Below, piece after piece: positions 6,754 to 13,495 of a DNA stretch of 13,495 nt. The stretch's first letter is position 1; each line of letters opens with the position of its first letter. A model generated the notes under the pieces. It did no database searches and had not been told where the DNA came from. It saw only the letters and a list, made by a program, of their open reading frames with translations. The translations under genes and the position numbers were made by a program. This DNA is from Candidatus Pacearchaeota archaeon (GTDB lineage: Archaea > Nanobdellota > Nanobdellia > Pacearchaeales > GW2011-AR1), in NCBI GenBank assembly GCA_050124795.1, contig JASFEO010000022.1, positions 1-13,495 on the forward strand, written 5' to 3'.

Positions 6754-8802
6754 TTAAGATTCTATGTTTACCTGCTTTTTTCCCATTTCAAAATACTTGC
6801 CTATATCCTCAAAATCCATAGTCGTGCTAACAATAGCATTTAAAAAATATTCTTCACAGGTTTTCATTCTCTCCTTCAACTTTTTAATCCTATCCCTCAA
6901 TTTAATTGCTTTTTCAAATTCAAGATTCTCACTTGCTTCCATCATGTCCTGCTCAAGTTCAATAATTAAGTTAGGAATTTCTGCTTTTGGTATTGACTTA
7001 ATGTCGCTAATTTCAACTGTCTTTTCTTTAATTGGTTTTATAATTGTCTTAGGTGTGATGTTATGCTCTTTGTTATAACTAATCTGAATTTCTCTTCTTC
7101 TTTTAGTTTCTTCTACTGCAGTTTTAATTGAATCAGTAATTGTATCTGCATAAAGAATTACTCTCGCATCAACATTTCTTGCAGCTCTGCCAATTGTCTG
7201 AATTAAACTTTTGTCATTTCTTAAAAAACCTTCTTTGTCAGCGTCGAGAATCCCAACAAAACCTACCTCAGGAATGTCAAGTCCTTCACGCAATAAATTA
7301 ATTCCAACCAACACATCAAACTTTCCAAGCCTAAGTTCCCTAATTATTTCACTTCGCTCAATTGTGTCAATTTCTGAATGCAAATATCTGGTTTTAATTC
7401 CTTCTTCTGATAAAAAATTCGCTAACTCTTCTGCTAACTTCTTTGTGAGAGTTGTAAGTAAAATTCTATTTCCTTGCTTAATTGTTTTTTCAATTTCTTT
7501 TTTTACATTTTCAATCTGTCCATTAGTTGAGCGAACTTCAACTTCAGGGTCAACCAAACCAGTCGGGCGAATTAATTGTTCAACCACCTTGGCAGAATTC
7601 TCAGTCTCATAAAACCCAGGAGTTGCTGAAACAAAAATAGTTTGATTCTTTTTCATTATCTTTTCAAACTCTTCAAACTTTAATGGTCTGTTGTCATATG
7701 CAGAAGGCAATCTAAATCCATAATCAATTAAATTCTTTTTTCTCGCTCTGTCGCCCTTATACATCCCATGAATTTGCGGAATTGTCTGATGACTTTCATC
7801 AATCACAATTAAAAAATCACTTCCAAAATAATCAAGTAAACAATACGGTGCCTCTCCTTCGCGTCGCTTATCAAAATGCCGGGAATAATTTTCAATTCCT
7901 TTTGTGTAACCAGTCTCTTTAATCATTTCAAGGTCATATAATGTTCGCTGCTTTAATCTATGTGCTTCAAGCATCCCCAAATTCGGCAAAACTTCTTTTA
8001 ATTCTTCTTTTATCGAATATAAAGCATCTTCAACTGCACTTTCAGGTATAACAAAATGCTTTGCAGGAAACAGAAAAAAATAATTATACTCTTCTTTAAC
8101 TTCGCCGGTTATCTTGTCAACCTCAGCAATTTTTTCAATCTTGTCTCCAAACATTTCAATTCGAATTATATTATTAAAATAACCTGGTATCACATCTATA
8201 ATATCCCCCTTAACCCTAAATCGCCCAGGCTCAAGTTCAGTGTCATTTCGCTCATACTGAGAATAAATTAATCTTTTCAATAAATCTTTTCTTTTCACTT
8301 TTTCCTGCTTATTAATTTCAAAACCCATTTGTGTAAAATTCTTAGGATCCCCAAGCCCGTATATACATGAAACACTTGCCACAATAATCACGTCATTTCG
8401 GCTCATAAGTGACGCAGTTGCAGCGAGGCGCATAGCTTCAATTTTTTGGTTTATTTTCGAATCCTTTTCAATATATTGGTCAGTCGCAGGGATATAACTC
8501 TCAGGTTGATAATAGTCATAATACGACACAAAATATTCAACTCGATTCTCAGGAAAAAAACCTTTTAGTTCTTCATAAAGCTGCGCAGCCAAAGTTTTGT
8601 TGTGGGCAATCACCAAAGTCGGCTTATTTACATTTTTTATCACATTTGCAATTGTAAAAGTCTTTCCTGAACCAGTCACACCGAGGAGAGTTTGGAACTT
8701 TGCATTGTGCTTTAGGCCTCCTGTTAATTGCTCTATTGCCTCTGGCTGAGAACCCGAGGGTTTCATGTCCTGAGTAATTTTGAAATTGTGTTGAGATTTC
8801 AT
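6754..8802 (-). CDS. uvrB: Excinuclease ABC subunit B
   Basis: GVTGSGKT, AHNKTLAAQL, YFVSYYDYYQPE, DESH, VSATPG, LLREGLDIPEV, IQTIGRAARN and C-terminal UVR domain. Start moved to ATG 8802 (682 aa). Confidence 0.97.
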   Translation of the reverse strand: MKSQHNFKITQDMKPSGSQPEAIEQLTGGLKHNAKFQTLLGVTGSGKTFTIANVIKNVNKPTLVIAHNKTLAAQLYEELKGFFPENRVEYFVSYYDYYQPESYIPATDQYIEKDSKINQKIEAMRLAATASLMSRNDVIIVASVSCIYGLGDPKNFTQMGFEINKQEKVKRKDLLKRLIYSQYERNDTELEPGRFRVKGDIIDVIPGYFNNIIRIEMFGDKIEKIAEVDKITGEVKEEYNYFFLFPAKHFVIPESAVEDALYSIKEELKEVLPNLGMLEAHRLKQRTLYDLEMIKETGYTKGIENYSRHFDKRREGEAPYCLLDYFGSDFLIVIDESHQTIPQIHGMYKGDRARKKNLIDYGFRLPSAYDNRPLKFEEFEKIMKKNQTIFVSATPGFYETENSAKVVEQLIRPTGLVDPEVEVRSTNGQIENVKKEIEKTIKQGNRILLTTLTKKLAEELANFLSEEGIKTRYLHSEIDTIERSEIIRELRLGKFDVLVGINLLREGLDIPEVGFVGILDADKEGFLRNDKSLIQTIGRAARNVDARVILYADTITDSIKTAVEETKRRREIQISYNKEHNITPKTIIKPIKEKTVEISDIKSIPKAEIPNLIIELEQDMMEASENLEFEKAIKLRDRIKKLKERMKTCEEYFLNAIVSTTMDFEDIGKYFEMGKKQVNIES

Positions 8803-8935
8803 GAAAAAAGAAGATAATTGGGGGTTAAAAATATTAGGGTTTATGGTTTTTGTTGGGAGAAAGGGTTTGGGTTTTGTAGATACAACACCTTTATAGAACA
8901 ACAAATATAAAAACAAGTCTAAGTCTATTTTGGTA

Positions 8936-10378
8936 ATGAAAAGCAATTATCTATGTAAATGTAAAAATTTGTTATATTTGGACCTTGATAAGAGGGAGTA
9001 TTGTCTAAATAAAAATTGTGAGAATTATGGTCCTATCAAAAAAATAAAAAATGAATATGAACCCGCTGAAAAGCAATTTAAGGGGCTTTCTTCAAGAATA
9101 AAATTTAAATCAGTTAAGTTTAATCTCAACTTTAAGAAATTTTTATTTGGAGAGCAGAATAAAATAATTTCTAAACTCTTCACAGAAGGAAAAATACATG
9201 TTGAAGATTTTTTGTATATTTCTTATTTGATATTCCTAACAAAAAATATTAATTTTGTTGGGAGAGATGGGAACATGTCCCATTTTCAAAGGTTCTTAAT
9301 TGAGAACCGTAAAACATTTGATATTTACTCTTTTTTCCAAAATATGAAAGAGGAAATTTATACTTTGGTATCAACTGATAAAGAAGGTAATCTTACATTA
9401 ACATTAAAATATATCGAAGCAATTAGAGAACAACAAAAAGAATACGGTTTGGTAATGGAGGGGGATAGTAAAGATTCGTTTAAATATGAAAAAATAGGCG
9501 TGGTTAATATAAAAAGAATCCCATTTAGTATAGGAATGGATTTTGAAGAATATTTCAAGAATTTTTTTACATTAATGATTCAAATAGATATGATAACAAA
9601 AATGAATAAATTATTTTCAGATTTATTTGAGAGAGAGTTTGATAAATATCCTATTGTGGGCCTTCTTTCGTTATTTTATTCTGCCAAAACAATGGAAGGA
9701 TTAAATATAATAACTAAAAAAGAACTAAAAATTACTTTGGAAAAAATGAAATTTCCCAAAGAGAAAATAAAAGAATTTTTCACATTTATTTTAGGGGGAG
9801 AAAACAAGATTCCTTTTGTTTTGGATAATGGGGCGGAGATTCTTTATAGTAAAGGCGTGTTGTTCGTTATGGCATTGAAGTTTATGAGCCATCTTAAAGA
9901 AAAACCGATAGTTAATGAATTAAAAAGCGATATTGGATTTGTTTTTGAAGATAAACTGCGGGAGAAGTTAAAAGAAAAAGGTTATTTAATCCCATTCAAA
10001 AAAGGATTTAAACTTTTTAAGAAATCGTTTGATTATGATATAGTTGCTATAAATCCCATAGAAAAGAAAATTCTAATAATGGAAGCGAAATTTCGTGATT
10101 TGCCATGCTCTGCTTTTTCAGGTAAGAATATACTAAATCTTAAATTAAATGATAAAGACTCTGGGGAGATTCCGATAGCTGAAAGACAGGAAAGAAGAAG
10201 GAAAGAGCTTTCTAAGAATTTAGACATATTTGAAAAAAGATGTAAGGAAGAAGGGTTAGACTTAGATTTAAATGGATTTGATATTGAAGCCTTGGCAATC
10301 TTCAAATTTACTCCAATCTTATTTAACCATGGCTATGTGAGATTAATGTCTTTCAATAAAATGATAGAGGAATTATAA
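8936..10378 (+). CDS. Hypothetical protein: N-terminal Cys cluster (Zn-ribbon-like) and C-terminal PD-(D/E)XK nuclease-like domain
   Basis: CKC-x13-CLNKNC at the N-terminus; GFVFE..L...L...GY, DYDIVAI, ILIMEAK at the C-terminus; TATAAAAA 22 nt before ATG 8936. Confidence 0.72.
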   Translation: MKSNYLCKCKNLLYLDLDKREYCLNKNCENYGPIKKIKNEYEPAEKQFKGLSSRIKFKSVKFNLNFKKFLFGEQNKIISKLFTEGKIHVEDFLYISYLIFLTKNINFVGRDGNMSHFQRFLIENRKTFDIYSFFQNMKEEIYTLVSTDKEGNLTLTLKYIEAIREQQKEYGLVMEGDSKDSFKYEKIGVVNIKRIPFSIGMDFEEYFKNFFTLMIQIDMITKMNKLFSDLFEREFDKYPIVGLLSLFYSAKTMEGLNIITKKELKITLEKMKFPKEKIKEFFTFILGGENKIPFVLDNGAEILYSKGVLFVMALKFMSHLKEKPIVNELKSDIGFVFEDKLREKLKEKGYLIPFKKGFKLFKKSFDYDIVAINPIEKKILIMEAKFRDLPCSAFSGKNILNLKLNDKDSGEIPIAERQERRRKELSKNLDIFEKRCKEEGLDLDLNGFDIEALAIFKFTPILFNHGYVRLMSFNKMIEEL

Positions 10379-10387
10379 AGATAAGAA

Positions 10388-11269
10388 TTAATCCTTAATT
10401 AATTGTTTGAGGTTATTCATAGCTATAATACTTGAGAAAATGCTTAATGAGATGAGTGCTATAAGAAATGAGGATTTTTCAGCTTGTCTTTTATTATATT
10501 CTTCTTCTGAATAAATATTTTCAAATTCCCAATAAATATTAAATGGAGAAATTATTTTTTCATTCGTAGAGTAATAAGGAATTACCCATAATGCTTTCAA
10601 ACCTTTTTCAATCTTTATCTCAAAGTTTGCATGATTTTCAACGATAGATAGATTAATTCTTGGTTCTTTCTCTGAATTAAGGTAAATTTTTTTAACCTCA
10701 GTAATATTCATTAAACTTGCATCACATTCTTTTGATAACCCAAAACTACAATAAACTTCATCTCCATCAACAAAATATTGCTTATCCCTAACGCTTGTGC
10801 AATCAAGCCTAGAAAAATTACAATTAACTAACATATTTGTTTCAGAATTATTAACTATTTTCCAATATTGGCTAGAAGGGAGGTCTACTTTGTAAGAAGA
10901 GGTTATGAAAGATAGACCAAATATAAGCAAGAATAGAATAATCGCTAAAACTGAAAATAAGTACCAATTAATTTTTCTTTTGAATAAATAATAAATCCAA
11001 AAGCCCAAAAATTCTAGACTGAAAAAAATTGAGAAATATCCTAAAGGAGAAGAATAATCAAAACCTAAAGGTTCTAAGTAACTAGAATAAATAGATTTTA
11101 AAGAAAAAGAAGAAACGAGAAAGATTAAATATGCTGACATTAAACCAGCAAATACAAAGAATAAAACAGAAATAGATAGAGTAATTCTAACCGAAAGTTT
11201 TTGTGATAAAAATTGTTTAATAAAATAATTATCCTTCAATGATTTTTTAGAATTTTTACTTTTTACCAT
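10388..11269 (-). CDS. Hypothetical membrane protein
   Basis: About three N-terminal hydrophobic segments, a soluble domain with 4 Cys and one C-terminal hydrophobic segment; TTTATAAA 22 nt before ATG 11269. Confidence 0.75.
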   Translation of the reverse strand: MVKSKNSKKSLKDNYFIKQFLSQKLSVRITLSISVLFFVFAGLMSAYLIFLVSSFSLKSIYSSYLEPLGFDYSSPLGYFSIFFSLEFLGFWIYYLFKRKINWYLFSVLAIILFLLIFGLSFITSSYKVDLPSSQYWKIVNNSETNMLVNCNFSRLDCTSVRDKQYFVDGDEVYCSFGLSKECDASLMNITEVKKIYLNSEKEPRINLSIVENHANFEIKIEKGLKALWVIPYYSTNEKIISPFNIYWEFENIYSEEEYNKRQAEKSSFLIALISLSIFSSIIAMNNLKQLIKD

Positions 11270-11321
11270 ATTAAACAAGAAATACGAACTTTTTATAAAT
11301 TTGTGTTAATTTTATCTATTC

Positions 11322-11516
11322 TCAACCTTTCAACCTAACCTTCTTATCCTTTGTAATTTCAACAACTCCGAAAAACTCAAGATTTTCAACATGGTCGCGA
11401 ATTGTCTGCCAGTTTGTATTCACCTTTCTTTCAAGATATCCATATGAACATTCCCTGACTTTTTTTATTTCCCTTAAAATCTGATTCCTTATTTCTTTAA
11501 ACGTCCTCTTGCCCAT
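11322..11516 (-). CDS. Small winged helix-turn-helix protein
   Basis: IRNQILREI...SYGYLERKVNTNWQTIRDHVENLEFFGVV fits the wHTH pattern; ATG 11516 preferred over TTG 11522. Confidence 0.72.
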   Translation of the reverse strand: MGKRTFKEIRNQILREIKKVRECSYGYLERKVNTNWQTIRDHVENLEFFGVVEITKDKKVRLKG

Positions 11517-11563
11517 CCACAATATTATAGAAATATTTATATATGCTTATTCCACAATATTGT
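11516..11563. promoter_or_regulatory. Divergent promoter with 11-bp direct repeats flanking a shared TATA
   Basis: TCCACAATATT at 11516-11526 and 11551-11561; TTTATATA at 11536-11543; palindrome ACAATATTGT at 11554-11563. Confidence 0.55.
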
Positions 11564-11567
11564 TGAT

Positions 11568-11777
11568 ATGAGAATTCTTTCCAAAAAAACAAACACAGAA
11601 ATCATAAATAAAAAATACAACAAAGAAAGACCCCTTCTAACAATAAGAACAGACCTCCCAAAAGAAATTCTAAAATTTATAAAAGAATTAAAAGCAATAA
11701 ACGAAGGTTCAAAATGGGTCAATGAAGCTATAAAAGAAAAATACTCAAAAGAAGAAAATGAAAATTTTTTTAATTAA
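11568..11777 (+). CDS. Small hypothetical protein, ribbon-helix-helix-like
   Basis: LTIRTDLPKEILKFIKEL...SKWVNEAIKEK fits a strand-helix-helix pattern; fills the gap to the uvrC stop. Confidence 0.5.
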   Translation: MRILSKKTNTEIINKKYNKERPLLTIRTDLPKEILKFIKELKAINEGSKWVNEAIKEKYSKEENENFFN

Positions 11778-11780
11778 CTT

Positions 11781-13331
11781 TTACTTACTAAAAAATTTCT
11801 TCCCTCTTCTTAATCTCTGAAACCCAACTGCAAACCTATGAGCCTCATCACGAACAGCAATCAAAAGTAAAAGTCCTTTATTTTTCTTATCCAGTTTCAA
11901 AACTTCTCCGTTAGGCAAATAAACTTCTTCCTCTCTTTTTGCAAGACTAACAACAGGCACTTTAATTCCTAACTCTTTAATCACCGACGTGGCAGCATTC
12001 AACTGTCCCAAACCGCCATCAATCAAAATCAAATCAGGCAACTCAGTTTTTTCCTTAACCAGTCTTGTATATCGTCTTCGAACAACTTCACTCATCGCAG
12101 CAGTGTCGTCTATTTGCTTCACTGATTTTATTTTAAACTTTCTATAACTTGACTTAAATGGTTTTGAATTCTTAAACTGAACCATGCTAGCTACAATTTC
12201 TGTTCCGCCTAAATGCGAAATATCAAATCCTTCAATTGTCCGAGGAAGTTCCTGCATATTAAGTTGATTCTTTAATTCAATTAATTTGTCTTCATCACCA
12301 AAAAAACTAATTTCAATATTCTTCTCAACCAACCTAAGTAAATTCATTAACTCCCCTTTTTGCGGAACAGCCACTTCAACTTTTTGCCCCTTTAATTTTG
12401 AAAAAAATTCTTCTATTGACTCACTAACTTTTTCAGGCAAAATAATTCTTTTTGGCAGTTTCTCACTTCTGTAATAATCAACTAAAAAATCCTCTAAAAA
12501 ATCCTCACTAAATTCAACTTCAAACTCCCGCTTATTTACTAAACTTCCTTTGTCAATATTAAAAACCATTAAATAAACCTTATTATCTTTCACAATAAAA
12601 TTCACAATATCCTCATCATAAGTTTTCTGCCTCTCAACATTTTGCTTTTCCTCCAAATATTTTATGGCATTAATCTGCTCACGCAATTCAATCGCCAACT
12701 CAAACTCATGATTATGAGAAAACTCTTTCATTTTCTTTTTCAATTTCTTTAACAAATCCCGGGTCTCACCTTTCAAGACACTAACTGCATTACCAACTCT
12801 TTTTTCATAATCTTCCTTACTAATTCTTTCTGTGCACGGTGCAGAACACGCACCAATATGAAAACGAATGCACTCTCTATTTGGCAAACGCTTGCATGTT
12901 CGAAGTTTAAAACTTTTACTAAGTAAATGAATAATATAATCCCGGCTCTGCGCAGAAGTAAACGGACCAAAATACTTGCCATCCTCTTTTTTTCTCGCAA
13001 CAATTAATCGAGGAAACTCTTCATTTGTCAGTCCAATATATGCATAACCCTTTGAATCCCGCAAATCAATATTATACTTTGGCTTGTTTTTCTTAATTAA
13101 ATTATTCTCCAAAATAAACGCTTCAACCTCGTTATTCGTCACAATAAAATCAACCTTTTCAATATTTGAAACTAAAGCCTTTGTCTTTTCATCCCTGTGC
13201 TCCTTAGTAAAATAATTCGCAACTCTTTTCTTTAGGTTCTTAGCCTTTCCGATATAGATTATATTCTTGCCTTTGTCCAAAAAAAGATAGCAACCAGGAT
13301 TAGAAGGCAGAAACGAAAGATCAATCTTCAT
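11781..13331 (-). CDS. uvrC: Excinuclease ABC subunit C (short form, no C-terminal HhH)
   Basis: PGCY...IYIGKAKNL..RV (GIY-YIG), PKYN, four-Cys region, UVR domain, IEGFDISH, LIDGGLGQL, RDEAHRFA. Confidence 0.96.
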   Translation of the reverse strand: MKIDLSFLPSNPGCYLFLDKGKNIIYIGKAKNLKKRVANYFTKEHRDEKTKALVSNIEKVDFIVTNNEVEAFILENNLIKKNKPKYNIDLRDSKGYAYIGLTNEEFPRLIVARKKEDGKYFGPFTSAQSRDYIIHLLSKSFKLRTCKRLPNRECIRFHIGACSAPCTERISKEDYEKRVGNAVSVLKGETRDLLKKLKKKMKEFSHNHEFELAIELREQINAIKYLEEKQNVERQKTYDEDIVNFIVKDNKVYLMVFNIDKGSLVNKREFEVEFSEDFLEDFLVDYYRSEKLPKRIILPEKVSESIEEFFSKLKGQKVEVAVPQKGELMNLLRLVEKNIEISFFGDEDKLIELKNQLNMQELPRTIEGFDISHLGGTEIVASMVQFKNSKPFKSSYRKFKIKSVKQIDDTAAMSEVVRRRYTRLVKEKTELPDLILIDGGLGQLNAATSVIKELGIKVPVVSLAKREEEVYLPNGEVLKLDKKNKGLLLLIAVRDEAHRFAVGFQRLRRGKKFFSK

Positions 13332-13387
13332 GAAATTCTTAAGAAAACAAAGAATTTAAGTTTTATGGTATCTGCATTATTTAAAAT

Positions 13388-13495
13388 ATGTTATGTTGAA
13401 AAAGTCTTCAGGGAAAAATAGATAATCCCTGAAAACATAGATATCATGAGGTGATATCTATGAAAAAACAAGAAAAACTAACTAGAAAAATTAAA
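13388..13495 (+). mobile_element. Left end of the same IS5-like element, truncated by window end; IR at 13388-13402
   Basis: 15-bp perfect inverted match to 114-128, followed by two hairpins, an SD and an open ATG frame. Confidence 0.82.
13460..13495 (+). CDS. Probable transposase N-terminus (3' partial)
   Basis: GAGGTGA SD (13448-13454), then MKKQEKLTRKIK open to the window end, just inside the IR. Confidence 0.65.
   Translation, partial: MKKQEKLTRKIK

Noticed and set aside
6775-6781. Second in-frame A_AAA_AAG near the end of uvrB
   Set aside because: The -1 frame gives only a short unrecognisable peptide. It shows the heptamer arises by chance here, which tempers the NUDIX frameshift claim.
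8803-8946. 48-aa N-terminal extension of UvrB in the ORF track
   Set aside because: UvrB similarity starts at ATG 8802, which has a TATA-like box at the usual spacing; the extension runs through the divergent promoter.
243-13003. Shadow ORFs in the track (243-524, 1363-1614, 1454-1897, 1755-1964, 4396-4635, 4838-5041, 6254-6508, 6384-6569, 6764-7078, 7211-7612, 8056-8271, 9358-9558, 10033-10305, 11537-11722, 12286-12474, 12773-13003)
   Set aside because: Antisense or off-frame to better-supported genes; mostly F/S/L/I-rich composition typical of the reverse strand of Lys/Glu-rich genes; no motifs.
1-13495. CRISPR array, tRNA, rRNA
   Set aside because: No regularly spaced repeats or cloverleaf/rRNA-like segments seen; intergenic gaps are short.

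Overview
AT-rich archaeal-type DNA. TATA boxes sit 21-22 nt before ATGs and one GAGGTGA Shine-Dalgarno is present; the gene style suggests a DPANN archaeon such as Pacearchaeota/Woesearchaeota (inference). Both ends lie in pieces of the same IS5-like element, which the ORF track missed: a transposase C-terminus plus right inverted repeat at 1-128, and a left inverted repeat plus transposase start at 13388-13495. The left half is a minus-strand Fe-S/cysteine cluster in the order: Cys-tailed ArsR regulator, hypothetical, GNAT, LMW-PTP-like, iscS, split NUDIX, ART-fold protein, cysE, unannotated 38-aa Cys-rich peptide, DUF1858, HExxH protein, iscU. The right half has a SAM methyltransferase and uvrB/uvrC, separated by an accessory block (Zn-ribbon + PD-(D/E)XK protein, membrane protein, divergent wHTH/RHH pair). 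The strongest new signal is a near-identical 18-bp TATGAA-N6-TTCATA palindrome between TATA box and ATG of both arsR and iscU. This points to an ArsR-type repressor, possibly Fe-S or metal sensing, of a minimal IscS/IscU system. All family calls come from motif reading by eye, not database searches.
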